DNA of 64,000 nucleotides from NCBI GenBank assembly GCA_963777505.1, contig CAVZQN010000004.1, positions 512,001 through 576,000 on the forward strand, in the 5' to 3' direction. The position numbers and the translations under genes were made by a program. Every line of letters starts with the position of its first letter. Position 1 is the stretch's first letter. The DNA is from an uncultured bacterium. Lineage in GTDB: Bacteria; Acidobacteriota; HRBIN11; JAKEFK01. The notes below the pieces were generated by a model. The model did no database searches. It was not told the DNA's origin and saw nothing but the letters and a program-made list of their open reading frames with translations. Positions 30,913-41,082 of this stretch are shown piece after piece.

Positions 30913-31641
30913 ATGTTTAAACCAAGAACTCTAATCACAGCTTTTCTTTGTCTTTTTGCGATGGCTGTATATGCCGGAGACAAAATGGCAGCGGCTTCAC
31001 CCGATTGGCATATGAACGCTACAGTCATTGAAGCGTGCAGCTGTCCGATGTTTTGCCCGTGTTATTTCAACACTGCACCTGCAGGACACCATGATCATGG
31101 AAGCGGCGGAACAAAACATTTTTGCCGGGCAAACAATGCTTACAAAATTAACAAAGGCCATTACGGAAGTGTGAATTTAGACGGCGCTAAATTCTGGATC
31201 GCTACCGATCTTGGTGGAGATTTTTCCAAAGGTCAAATGGATTGGGCTGTAGTTTATTTTGATAAGCAACTCGCCAAAGAACAGCGCGATGGAATCGCTG
31301 CAATGTTGGCTCATCTTTTCCCGGTGAAATGGAACTCACTCACAACCGCTGAAGGTGTTATTGATAAATGGGAATTCAACAATGACACTGCTGTTGCGTT
31401 ACTTGATGGCGGTAAAACTGCCGAAGTCCGATTAAAACGTGTGGAACAATCCAATACAAAGGACCCGGTAGTTATTAAGAATTTGAAATATTGGGGCGCT
31501 CCACGTAATGATGGCTTCGTCTTGATGCCAAATACAGTGGAAGCCTATCGCGTAGGTCCAAAAGCGTTTGAGTTCAAAAATTCAAACGGATTCATGCTTA
31601 CGTTGGATATCAGTTCAAAAGACATTCAACCCGCGCCATAG
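30913..31641 (+). CDS. Exported DUF1326-like metal-binding protein
   Basis: EACSCPMFCPC motif, signal peptide, HHDH. Confidence 0.75.
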   Translation: MFKPRTLITAFLCLFAMAVYAGDKMAAASPDWHMNATVIEACSCPMFCPCYFNTAPAGHHDHGSGGTKHFCRANNAYKINKGHYGSVNLDGAKFWIATDLGGDFSKGQMDWAVVYFDKQLAKEQRDGIAAMLAHLFPVKWNSLTTAEGVIDKWEFNNDTAVALLDGGKTAEVRLKRVEQSNTKDPVVIKNLKYWGAPRNDGFVLMPNTVEAYRVGPKAFEFKNSNGFMLTLDISSKDIQPAP

Positions 31642-31647
31642 TAAATA

Positions 31648-31676
31648 GTAGGGGCGACCACAACGGACGCCCCTAC
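31648..31676. repeat. Single GTAG REP-like hairpin between convergent genes
   Basis: GTAGGGGCG...CGCCCCTAC. Confidence 0.7.
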
Positions 31677-31689
31677 ATTTCTCTCTCTC

Positions 31690-31995
31690 TTAATTCGAAC
31701 CTGCGGCGGAATCACCTTGTGGTGTGACATCAATCTTTTCTGCCGTGTTATTTTTGTCTGCCCAAACTGCTGCTTTGTCTCCGGGCTTTACTGTAAGTGT
31801 AGATGGACGCTTTCCATTTACAGTTACTTTCATACTTTTCTGAAACGTAAACGTCTTCGATTCTCCACCCACTTGCAGTGTAATGGAGTCCTTATTCATT
31901 TTCTCAACTGTACCTTCTACAGTGGCCTTTGCTGCATATGCAAAACCAGAAACGAGGAATACAGCAACCATTAGTATTGATATTCTTTTCAACAT
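31690..31995 (-). CDS. Small exported OB-fold-like protein
   Basis: Signal peptide, VEGTVEK..KPGDK pattern, RBS AAGGAGG. Confidence 0.65.
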   Translation of the reverse strand: MLKRISILMVAVFLVSGFAYAAKATVEGTVEKMNKDSITLQVGGESKTFTFQKSMKVTVNGKRPSTLTVKPGDKAAVWADKNNTAEKIDVTPQGDSAAGSN

Positions 31996-32025
31996 GAACG
32001 AACCTCCTTATGTATTTCATTGGTG

Positions 32026-32054
32026 TTAGACGATGCAAATAGGGAAAAGGTTCA
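32026..32054 (-). promoter_or_regulatory. ECF sigma (RpoE/SigW-like) promoter
   Basis: TGAACC-N16-CGTCTAA. Confidence 0.6.
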
Positions 32055-32219
32055 TGCCTGCTGAACAATTTTTTGTACTAAAAAAGCGTCAAATAGGCTG
32101 TTCATTCCTGGAACGGCCCTCTTATATCCTTGAGATAGCCATTTGTGACATTGAAAAAAAAATTAGAAATTCCTAATTTTGCTATGATTAACTCTGTGCC
32201 TTGCGGTTGAGCCTAAATA

Positions 32220-33236
32220 ATGACGATTCTTTCGCAGACGAGGAATGCTCTAGGCATTGAACTGACCGACCTTCACATCCACCTGGGAGGCGGAGTAGCG
32301 CCTCATATCTTGTGGTCCCTGGCTCATCAGCAGGGATTTAAGCTTCCTGTCGCAAATTACTGGGAATTTGCACAATTTATTACGATTGACCCGGCAAAAA
32401 TTCATTCGCTTGACGATTATCTGGATTATTTTCACTGGACCGAAAAAATTCAGAGTTCACCGGAAGCTGTTGAGCGATGCGTTTACGAAATTATCAGCAA
32501 AGAATTTCGAAGTTCGAACGTTACGTGTCTTGAGCTGCGGTTTAATCCAATGAAGAGGAATCGCGGAGGAGAACAGGACCTGGATCATATCATCCATGCT
32601 GCTCTTCGAGGTCTTGATAGAGTCGTGCTGGATTATCAGGTTCGTGCAGGTATCATTTTTTGTCTGGCGCGAGAATTTCCATTTGAAGTGAATCAGATCA
32701 TTGCGCATAAAGCGATGATGTATCGTCAGCGTGGTGTCGTTGGGCTTGATGTTGCAGGCCCTGAATCTGCAGATTCAGATTTTCGGAAAAGATCGGGTGA
32801 TTATGCCGATCTGTTTTCAACTGTACGTGATACAGGTTTAGGAATCACTGTTCACGTTGGAGAATCCGAAGCAAGCCCGGCGTCAGAGATTCTTGAGATG
32901 ATAGAGATAGCAAAACCTCATCGAATAGGCCATGGAATTCAGGCTGTCAATAGCGATGAGGCGATGAAGACTCTCCGTGAAAAAAAGATTTGTCTGGAAG
33001 TTTGTCCTACTTCAAATCTTCAAACTCATGCTGTAAAGGATATGAATCATCTGCGCACAACACTTCAAACATTTCAACAGGCTGAAGTTCCCTTTACGAT
33101 CAACACGGATAACCCATACCTTTCCCATACAAATTTGCGCTACGAAATAGATCTTTTGTTGAAAAATGAAATTCTTACGAAAGATGAACTGACTTCCTGC
33201 TTTCAGTTAGCCCGGGACCGCAGTTTTATTCGTTAA
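32220..33236 (+). CDS. add: Adenosine deaminase family protein
   Basis: DLHIHLGG, TVHVGE, RIGHG, EVCPTSN, INTDNP. Confidence 0.85.
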   Translation: MTILSQTRNALGIELTDLHIHLGGGVAPHILWSLAHQQGFKLPVANYWEFAQFITIDPAKIHSLDDYLDYFHWTEKIQSSPEAVERCVYEIISKEFRSSNVTCLELRFNPMKRNRGGEQDLDHIIHAALRGLDRVVLDYQVRAGIIFCLAREFPFEVNQIIAHKAMMYRQRGVVGLDVAGPESADSDFRKRSGDYADLFSTVRDTGLGITVHVGESEASPASEILEMIEIAKPHRIGHGIQAVNSDEAMKTLREKKICLEVCPTSNLQTHAVKDMNHLRTTLQTFQQAEVPFTINTDNPYLSHTNLRYEIDLLLKNEILTKDELTSCFQLARDRSFIR

Positions 33237-34603
33237 CACTCTGCGACTCTGCGGTTAATTTTATGTGGCGCAATACCCGGCGATGGATCGTATGAATTAC
33301 AAAATCACTCCATACTTTCCAGTACGATTCCGGCCAGAGATTGTGATGATACCAGGTCGTTCCTTTCAGCAAAGTCATATTTTGTGAAACCTGGATCAGC
33401 CTGAACTCCCCTTGCTGCGAAACAAAAAATCCTTCCAAATGTGGTGGATGAATCTTTTCATACATTGTCCATTCTTCCATCGGGGCAGGATTTTGTTCTA
33501 CTGAAAAGCGCAGCAGAGAAGGCTCATTCCAGATCGTAATAGGTTCGACAAATGCGCCTGTAGAAAACATGCAGTGTCTGACGGCTCCAACTCCTGTGCC
33601 TTGAATTTCAGCGCGTGTTGGGTAAGCGATTCCGGCGCGGAAAATCATTTCTTCTGGGGGGTGGCAGTTCAGAAAATGAAACTACATTCTTCCAAACAGT
33701 TTGTGCAGGCGCCTGGATTTCCATCGTTGTAGTAACTGAAAATAAAGCGGGTTTTGGTTCGGCAGTCGATTGAACTGCCATGATTGCAATAACAAGCAGG
33801 TTCGATACGCAATAGATTTTATCTTCAGATCCTGGTTGAAATTGAAGTAAGTGTCCGATTGTTGCACCGATTAGAGCAAGGACTGCCATCAAAGGAGCAG
33901 ACATGAAGATGCAAATCATTCCTTCGAACGCAACGAGAAATAAGCATCCACCTGCGATCGATATTGCTAAAAGCGCTACAAGAACGCACTCTCCCCACTT
34001 GCGTTCTTGATGATAGCTGTAAATTAAGCTTGAAGTTAAACCTAAACAAAATGGCAAGCCTACAAAAAGGCCCCAACCATACTGATTTAACGTATGAACG
34101 CTAAATCGCGTAAAGGCAATCGCTGAAATGCCACTCAATACTACGGCAAGTAGTGCACTTCCAAATCTGCCTTTCGGAATTAAATCACTCAAACGCCAGG
34201 CAAGATTCTTGCGAGTGACATGAACTCTATTTTCGGCAGGTGGAAGAATGAAAAGAATTGCGAATAAGAACAAATTCAACACCGGCACAAAAAATAAAAC
34301 AACAAGCCACACAGGTAAACCAGCAGACCGTAATCTGCGGATCGTCAGAACACAGCCACTCCAGATAAACGGCAGTGCGGCAATCACTAATGCCGTAAAA
34401 AAAACGCGGTTTTCTGCCGTTGGCAGGTTTCGTGATCTCGGAAAAAGATATTCCCAGACCCCCCAATCTCTGGCAAAAAAATACCTTGCGATGAGGCGAT
34501 CGATATTGTATTTGACCGTAAAAAGTACAATGCCCCAGAAAATATATTCACTTCTACCGATTGTTCCTTTCGGCCAAATTAAGTCCGCGAATTTTATTTT
34601 CAC
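33226..34603 (-). CDS. DUF805 + multi-TM + SRPBCC/START domain protein; frameshift in the G run at 33656-33661
   Basis: GTIGRSEY, IRRLRSAG (DUF805); EGMICIFMSAPL; IQAPAQTVW, GVGAVRHC, EPITIW, IH.RVLRHIK; GTG start overlaps the upstream TGA. Confidence 0.78.
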
Positions 34604-35019
34604 TGTTCCACTAAGTGAAGGATGCTTACTGTAATCCCTGAAATATTCAAGACGAAAGAAAAGAGACAACGATAAATCGGTAAAGTGTCGCGAATTGAAT
34701 TTGAAGTGTTGTCAAAAATACGAAATGTCGACCAAACGCAACAAATGATTGCAGGAAACCATAAAAATTGGAAAGTCATGAAGAATGCAGGATAGATTAC
34801 AAAAAGTATCAGCAACAATGGCGGAGCAGCATCAACCCAGGGAGGCACACTAGAGCGATAAATCTTCATTGAACCATTGCAAGCAAAAACACTGCAATGA
34901 TGAATTTCGTCCCAACAAATTCGATGATGTGAAGCAGAGCAGCGGCTGCAACGAATGATCGCGTCGCCCGGATCGAATCCGCTCATACAGTACGGACATC
35001 GAAGAAGAACTGCTCTCAT
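34600..35019 (-). CDS. Prokaryotic RING-finger (family 1-like) membrane protein
   Basis: CPYC-x12-CSRC-x3-HHxxCW-x5-CSVFAC followed by 2-3 TM helices. Confidence 0.75.
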   Translation of the reverse strand: MRAVLLRCPYCMSGFDPGDAIIRCSRCSASHHRICWDEIHHCSVFACNGSMKIYRSSVPPWVDAAPPLLLILFVIYPAFFMTFQFLWFPAIICCVWSTFRIFDNTSNSIRDTLPIYRCLFSFVLNISGITVSILHLVEQ

Positions 35020-35043
35020 TTTCAGTCTCCTTTAACTTTTCAT

Positions 35044-35081
35044 ATTATACTGTGTTCCGTAATTTCTGTCAAGACAGAAAT
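35044..35081 (-). promoter_or_regulatory. Consensus sigma70 promoter with an operator-like palindrome over -35
   Basis: TTGACA-N17-TATAAT on minus; inverted repeat ATTTCTGTC-aa-GACAGAAAT at 35062-35081. Confidence 0.8.
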
Positions 35082-35120
35082 ATCTATTTTCGCGACGATA
35101 AAAATGAGGCGAGGGCGTGA

Positions 35121-36209
35121 CTATAGAACGAGCTTCAAGTTTTTTAGGAGGGCGAGATTGTCTTCCTCTTTACCAACTGTGATGCGAAGTCCGTCATTAC
35201 AATGCAGTGATTTCATTGAGCGAACGATAATTCCGTGAAGCAGCAACTCTTTGTAGATTTGATCTGCATCTTGTATAAGCAACAAGATGAAGTTTGAAAC
35301 TGAAGGAATAAAAGGTATTTTTAAGTCGTTAAATCCGTCTTCCAAAATCTTCTTTTGTAATCGATTGTGCTCTTTTGATTTTTCGATATGATCGTGATCT
35401 TCTAACGCGGCCTTTGCCGCTGTTTGAGCCATAACACTTGTATTGAAAGGTGAGCGTACCCTATTTAGATTTGAAATAATTTCTTCGGAGGCTATCCCAT
35501 AACCCAGCCTGATGCCTGCAAGCCCATGAATTTTTGAGAAGGTACGCAGTACAATCAAGTTCTGAAAGTCGTTCAGAAAATCCAGCCCTGTAAAATAATC
35601 TTCATTCTCAACATATTCAAAGTACGCTTCATCCAGAACTACAAGAACATGAGATGGAACTTTATGCAAAAAGGATTCAAACACATCTCTGCTGAAATAA
35701 GTGCCTGTGGGGTTATTTGGATTTGCAAGAAAAATAATGCGCGTGCGATCGTCTATTGCATCAAGAATTCCGTTAAGATCGTAACCGAACTGAATCATCG
35801 GGACAGCTTTGCATTCCGCATTCATTGCCATACTCACAACGCGATACATCAAGAAAGTCTGATCTCCGATTATGCTTTTGCTGCCGGGCTGCAGATATGT
35901 TCGCGCCAGCATATCGATCAAATCTGTTGATCCGTTCCCTAAAACAATGTTTTCAGGTGGAAAGCCTGATTTTTCTGAGATCGCTTTTTTCAAATAGTAA
36001 CCACCGCCGTCTGGATAACGGTGAATGCGATTCGCAACAAGTGTGATTGCTTCGACTGCTGCTGGAGAAGGCCCGAGACAATTTTCATTGGAAGCCATCT
36101 TGATAACATGGCTTAAGCCAAGTTCGCGCATCAATTCTTCTTCAGGTTTGCCTGGAAGATAAGGTTCGATCTTGAGAATATTTGCTGAAACTGTAAAGCG
36201 TGAACTCAT
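35121..36209 (-). CDS. hisC: Histidinol-phosphate aminotransferase
   Basis: KMASNEN, RYPD, NPNNPTG, DEAY, RTFSK..GLAGIRLG. Confidence 0.93.
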   Translation of the reverse strand: MSSRFTVSANILKIEPYLPGKPEEELMRELGLSHVIKMASNENCLGPSPAAVEAITLVANRIHRYPDGGGYYLKKAISEKSGFPPENIVLGNGSTDLIDMLARTYLQPGSKSIIGDQTFLMYRVVSMAMNAECKAVPMIQFGYDLNGILDAIDDRTRIIFLANPNNPTGTYFSRDVFESFLHKVPSHVLVVLDEAYFEYVENEDYFTGLDFLNDFQNLIVLRTFSKIHGLAGIRLGYGIASEEIISNLNRVRSPFNTSVMAQTAAKAALEDHDHIEKSKEHNRLQKKILEDGFNDLKIPFIPSVSNFILLLIQDADQIYKELLLHGIIVRSMKSLHCNDGLRITVGKEEDNLALLKNLKLVL

Positions 36210-36943
36210 GTTTGCTTCCTTTTTTTAGGTGAAGAACCTTCAAGCAATTTTCGTATTTCCGATGTTTTCAGAATTCTGAATTCGCCAGGTCTAAGGCTAT
36301 CATCCCTTAAAGTTCCGATCGCAATACGCTTGAGTTTTAGCACAGGATGTCCGACTTCATCGAACATCTTTCGAATCTGATTTTGTCTTCCTTCGCGAAT
36401 GACAACTTCAATCCACGCATTTTTTTTTGTATGCACAATCTGTATTTTTGCGGGTAAAGTCTTGCGGCGTTCGATTACGATCCCTTCACGAAGTTTCTTA
36501 ATTTCGTTCGGATGTGGAATGCCCTTGACCTTTGCGATGTAGACTTTTTCGATTGAATGCGATGGATGTTCAATTTGTTGTGCCAGATCGCCATCGTTTG
36601 TCAGGATCAGTAAGCCTTCCGTATGGTAATCCAGGCGTCCAACGGGATACAGACGAAAAGGAAGACTATCCACTAATTTTACTACTGTTGGCCGGCCCTC
36701 AGGATCGTGAAGGGAAGTAATGTAGCCATCTGGTTTATTTAATAGAACAGCAATTTTAGGCTGTTTGGGTTCAATCTTTTTGCCATCAAAATGAATTTCA
36801 TCACGATCCGGATCCGCTTTTGTTCCAAGTTCATGAACAACTTTGCCGTTTACGCGGACTCTTCCTTGACGAATAAATTCCTCCGCCTTTCGTCTGGAGG
36901 TAACTCCGGCTTGGGATAGAAGTTTTTGAAGTCGTACTTGCAT
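36206..36943 (-). CDS. rluB: 23S rRNA pseudouridine synthase (RluB/RsuA family)
   Basis: S4 domain RLQKLL..SRRKAE, GRLDY.TEGLL.LTNDG, EGRQNQIR. Confidence 0.88.
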   Translation of the reverse strand: MQVRLQKLLSQAGVTSRRKAEEFIRQGRVRVNGKVVHELGTKADPDRDEIHFDGKKIEPKQPKIAVLLNKPDGYITSLHDPEGRPTVVKLVDSLPFRLYPVGRLDYHTEGLLILTNDGDLAQQIEHPSHSIEKVYIAKVKGIPHPNEIKKLREGIVIERRKTLPAKIQIVHTKKNAWIEVVIREGRQNQIRKMFDEVGHPVLKLKRIAIGTLRDDSLRPGEFRILKTSEIRKLLEGSSPKKRKQT

Positions 36944-36988
36944 CTTCTTGATCTAATTTCATCGAAAAAAGCGGGACGTGCAATGAAC

Positions 36989-37693
36989 TTATTCGTCAGA
37001 CCGGGACTCGTTGTTGTCAGTCTCTTCGAAAGGAGCCTCGAAAAAATCATCCTCTTCGACCGCAGGTGTCTCCAAAGGTATCGAGTCTTGCTGCAATTCC
37101 GATTCCGGCTCAAGCTCAAGATTTGATTCAGCCTGTGTATGGAAGATTTCAGGCTTTAATCTTTCGCCGATTAATTCTTCAAATTCCTGAAGCTGAGGCA
37201 TTTCAGAAAGATCCTTCAATCCAAAATGGATTAAGAATTCCCTGGTTGTGCCATATAGGAACGGGCGTCCGACAACACGCTTTCTACCCAAAACTTTTAT
37301 GAAGTTGCATTCAAGCAGTGTCTTCAAAGCGCCTGCAGCATTGCACGAACGGATCTCAGAAATTTCGGGTAACGTAATGGGTTGTTTATACGAAACAATA
37401 GCCAGTGTTTCAAGTGCTGAGCGTGACAAACGAATAACAAGAGGCTTTGAGAATAGTGACTGAATGTGTGAGTCCCATCGTGGATGAGTAAAAAGCTGGT
37501 ACCCACTTGCGACCTCACGTAATACGAAACCGCTGTCGCGCGTTTCAAGATCCTGCCGAAGTTCAGCCAATACTTCCTGAATCGTGTTTTTTTCAACATC
37601 AGGAATCACCGACAAAAAGTGATCCAACGTTAAAGGTTCGGTAGCAGTGAACATTAATGCTTCAAGTAAAGATCTGATTTCTACTTTTTCCAT
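36989..37693 (-). CDS. scpB: SMC-Scp complex subunit ScpB
   Basis: LEALMF, LSRSALETLAIVSYKQPIT, GRPFLYGTT..FL..FGL. Confidence 0.93.
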   Translation of the reverse strand: MEKVEIRSLLEALMFTATEPLTLDHFLSVIPDVEKNTIQEVLAELRQDLETRDSGFVLREVASGYQLFTHPRWDSHIQSLFSKPLVIRLSRSALETLAIVSYKQPITLPEISEIRSCNAAGALKTLLECNFIKVLGRKRVVGRPFLYGTTREFLIHFGLKDLSEMPQLQEFEELIGERLKPEIFHTQAESNLELEPESELQQDSIPLETPAVEEDDFFEAPFEETDNNESRSDE

Positions 37694-37823
37694 AAGGGCA
37701 CATTGTACTCATATCATCCCCGAAATTCAAAGTGTTCTTTGCATCCAGTATCCCGCCTCTCCCATCCCGCATTGCAAAGGGAGCTATTGGTTGCAACTTG
37801 AAATGTGTATATGATGTTCAGTA

Positions 37824-38651
37824 ATGATTACACAATCAGACTACTTTAAAGATCTGGCAATAAGACCGGAATCAAAAGTTAGCCTTTCTGAAGCAGCTCT
37901 CAAGATCGCTTGTGATGAATATCCAGACCTTGACGTTCCTTACTATACAAATGTATTGAGGTTATGGAGCCGCAAAGTAAAAGAGAAATGCAGCGGGTTG
38001 TCAGTGCATCTTCAGTTAGAACGTTTGAATGAATGGTTATTTGAAAGGTTAAATTTTTCCGGCAACCTGGACAACTATTACGATCCACGTAACAGCTTCT
38101 TGAATGATGTTATTGAAAGGCGCACCGGAATCCCCATTTCACTTTCGGTAATTTATCTGGAACTTGCCTGGTCGTTAGGGTTGAAAGCTTGCGGAGTTGC
38201 ATTTCCCGGGCATTTTCTGGTTCGAGTCATCGCAGAAGGGAAACCACTTTATATAGATGCATTTCACAAAGGAAACATTATGACGGCTGGTGGATGTAAG
38301 GAATTCTTAGCCCAGCTTACCGAAGGTGAAATGGATTTTGACGAAAGATATTTGGATGGTGTGAATAAGAAAGAAATCATTTGCCGAATGCTTCGCAATC
38401 TGAAACGCATTTATCTTGACATTGATAGCTATCCCAAATTAATTAATGTTCTCGATTGTCTGGTGATGCTCAATCCCGGGAATCCCGAAGAAGTGCGCGA
38501 TCGTGGAATTATTCATTACCAGATGAAAGCCTTTAAGAATGCATTTGAAGATTTTGAAGTTTTTCTTTCGATGGCCCCAGATTCTGAAGACGCTGAAGTG
38601 ATCCAGCAATATTTGCAAATTATGCGCGAATATACTTCCCGCGTAAATTAA
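37824..38651 (+). CDS. SirB1-like transglutaminase-core + TPR protein
   Basis: YYDPRNSFLN, RRTGIPISL, FPGHFL, RMLRNLK, EVRDRG. Confidence 0.88.
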   Translation: MITQSDYFKDLAIRPESKVSLSEAALKIACDEYPDLDVPYYTNVLRLWSRKVKEKCSGLSVHLQLERLNEWLFERLNFSGNLDNYYDPRNSFLNDVIERRTGIPISLSVIYLELAWSLGLKACGVAFPGHFLVRVIAEGKPLYIDAFHKGNIMTAGGCKEFLAQLTEGEMDFDERYLDGVNKKEIICRMLRNLKRIYLDIDSYPKLINVLDCLVMLNPGNPEEVRDRGIIHYQMKAFKNAFEDFEVFLSMAPDSEDAEVIQQYLQIMREYTSRVN

Positions 38652-38668
38652 ATTCAACCGCCAAGGCC

Positions 38669-39484
38669 CTAAATCGCCAGGATTAGCTCTTCTAATTTTT
38701 CCGGATACTCCAAATGTGGGTAATGGCCACACTCATTGAACTCATGATACTTAGCCATTTTCATCGATGATTGCAGTCTTGCCCGAAATTTACTGCTTAC
38801 AACAGGGTCATTTTTCCCAAATACTAAAATAGAGGGCGTATAAATACCTTGCCAATGAATTACTGTTTTGGGCGCTCGGAGCGCCTTTGGAATCCAGCGC
38901 CGCACGTGTCCTGTTTGAAAGGAATCCCACCATTCGGATATGAGTTCGGAAGTCAGCAATTCAGAACGAAAGAAGTTTTTTGAGAGTTGTCTATGAAGCG
39001 CTTTTTTTGAAACTGGAAAAATCTTCGTAATCATTTCGCCTATTCCGGGTTGTGCAGCAATCTTCCAAAATGGGTTCAGAGTCGCAGTGTCATCCACCGG
39101 GCTGGTTAATATAAGATGCTTCAGTTTTTCCGGTGAATCTAAGGCGAAGGCGGCCAATATGTTACTCCCCATAGAGCAACCGACGCCGATGAACTGTTGA
39201 ACATTGATCGCTTGCAGAAACTCATTCAAGAATCGTACATGGTAGTTCAACCCCGGCTCTTCCAGAGGAAGAGATGAACTGCCATTTCCTGGCAAGTCAG
39301 GAGCGACAATTCTTCCGTTGAATTTGATGGAAGACATCCATTCCCGCCACAAAAAAGCACCCGACGAAAAACTATGAAGACAAACTACAGTATTCGGATC
39401 ATTATTGCTTTCCCGCTCCAAATAATGAATCCGAAGGCCTCCTACGTTGCAAAATCTTTCCTGAATCTCAATCACGTTTAACAT
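38669..39484 (-). CDS. Alpha/beta hydrolase
   Basis: APDLPG.G.S, GCSMG, GKNDPVV, GHYPHLE. Confidence 0.8.
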   Translation of the reverse strand: MLNVIEIQERFCNVGGLRIHYLERESNNDPNTVVCLHSFSSGAFLWREWMSSIKFNGRIVAPDLPGNGSSSLPLEEPGLNYHVRFLNEFLQAINVQQFIGVGCSMGSNILAAFALDSPEKLKHLILTSPVDDTATLNPFWKIAAQPGIGEMITKIFPVSKKALHRQLSKNFFRSELLTSELISEWWDSFQTGHVRRWIPKALRAPKTVIHWQGIYTPSILVFGKNDPVVSSKFRARLQSSMKMAKYHEFNECGHYPHLEYPEKLEELILAI

Positions 39485-39584
39485 GATAAGCCATTGACTT
39501 GGAGACATACCGTTTTTAACATTGATTTTATGGAACACGATTTGGCCGGAAGTTCCAGTGATGCAAGGTTTTAGGGTATAATTC

Positions 39585-39959
39585 ATGTCGTTGATGGCCT
39601 TTAAAGTTCCAGAGAAGCAAATATTTAAGATTGGAGAGGTTTGCGAGATGCTTCAACTGGAGCCGTATGTCTTGCGCTACTGGGAATCAGAATTTGAAGA
39701 TCTGGCTCCTCAGAAGAATGCGATGGGACAACGGATCTATCGACCTCGTGATATTGAGACGATTTATTTAATCAAAAAGCTTTTATATGAAGAAGGTTAC
39801 ACGATTGTAGGAGCGCGAAAGCAATTAAAGCGGGAAATTGCAAAACTCAATGGCAGCATCGATTCATCGATGGATCGTGATGAAGTCGTACAAAATTTAC
39901 GAAAAATTCGGTGGGAATTGCAGGAAATCCTCACCTTATTGGACCGCAACGGGAAATAA
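39585..39959 (+). CDS. MerR-family regulator
   Basis: FKIGEV, YVLRYWESEF, LLYEEGYTI.GA; typical position before tRNA-Pro(GGG). Confidence 0.9.
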   Translation: MSLMAFKVPEKQIFKIGEVCEMLQLEPYVLRYWESEFEDLAPQKNAMGQRIYRPRDIETIYLIKKLLYEEGYTIVGARKQLKREIAKLNGSIDSSMDRDEVVQNLRKIRWELQEILTLLDRNGK

Positions 39960-40059
39960 ACCTTCAGTTTGACTACCTTCTTAATAGACGTATAATTTCC
40001 AGTCTTACGATTTCAGGTTCTGTGTCTTTGCGGTTAATTTTATTCGAAATTGTAAGTGT

Positions 40060-40136
40060 CGGGACGTAGCGCAGCCTGGTAGCGCACATGCTTGGGGTGC
40101 ATGGGGTCGGAGGTTCAAATCCTCTCGTCCCGACCA
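40060..40136 (+). tRNA. tRNA-Pro (GGG)
   Basis: Cloverleaf; anticodon arm CATGC-TTGGGGT-GCATG; GTTCAAATC; encoded CCA. Confidence 0.95.
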
Positions 40137-40165
40137 TTCTTTGTGTCTTTGCGGTAATTTTTGGT

Positions 40166-40243
<78 letters not shown>

Positions 40244-40273
40244 TTCTTTTTGTGTCTTTGCGGTTCAAAGAGT

Positions 40274-40549
40274 ATGCGAGCTCGAAGATATTTCATCTCG
40301 GGTGACGTTCAGGGTGTAGGCTTCCGCTATTTTGTGATGCGTGAAGTTCAACGGATAGGTTCAATAAAAGGTTTTGTGAGAAATCTAAGAGATGGACGCG
40401 TTGAAGTTTATGCGGAAGGAGAAGAGGATTTAATTCGAGAACTAGAAAAATCTTTGCATAAAGGCCCGGGAATGTCGGAAGTTACAAACGTTAGAATTGA
40501 TGAAGAAACGCCTGACGGGAAATACGCAGATTTTAGAATTACATTTTGA
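40274..40549 (+). CDS. acyP: Acylphosphatase
   Basis: G.VQGVGFR, GFVRNL.DGRVE. Confidence 0.93.
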   Translation: MRARRYFISGDVQGVGFRYFVMREVQRIGSIKGFVRNLRDGRVEVYAEGEEDLIRELEKSLHKGPGMSEVTNVRIDEETPDGKYADFRITF

Positions 40550-40569
40550 TCAACTGATTGGAGGGTGAA

Positions 40570-41082
40570 TTGGACCTGAAAGAATGCATTCGCGATGTGC
40601 CTGATTTTCCGAAGCAAGGAATTATTTTTAAAGATATTACGACTCTGTTGAAGAATCCTGAAGCGTTGCGTTGTACAGTGGATCTACTGGCTGAACGTTA
40701 CAAGGATCAAAAAATTGATCAAGTTGTCGCGATAGAATCGCGTGGATTTATTTTTGGAAGTCCACTTGCGTATCACATTGGCGCTGGTTTTATTCCTGTT
40801 CGAAAGCCCGGAAAACTTCCTTCCATAACGGAACGCGTCTCCTATGAGCTCGAATATGGAACTGACAGTCTGGAAATTCACCGTGATGCTGTCGAACCTG
40901 GGCAAACGGTTTTAATCGTTGATGACCTTTTGGCAACCGGCGGAACTGCTCAAGCTGTTGCACAACTCATGGAAAAACTTCAGGCTAAAGTTGCAGGTTT
41001 TGCTTTTGTAGTCGAATTGATGTTCTTAAACGGGCGAAAACGTCTCACAAATTACGAAGTCCATTCGCTTATTCAATATTAA
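40570..41082 (+). CDS. apt: Adenine phosphoribosyltransferase
   Basis: [34 protein letters not shown]. Confidence 0.96.
   Translation: MDLKECIRDVPDFPKQGIIFKDITTLLKNPEALRCTVDLLAERYKDQKIDQVVAIESRGFIFGSPLAYHIGAGFIPVRKPGKLPSITERVSYELEYGTDSLEIHRDAVEPGQTVLIVDDLLATGGTAQAVAQLMEKLQAKVAGFAFVVELMFLNGRKRLTNYEVHSLIQY

Noticed and set aside
36989-37693. scpB without an adjacent scpA
   Set aside because: Split scpA/scpB arrangements occur, and absence cannot be judged from one window
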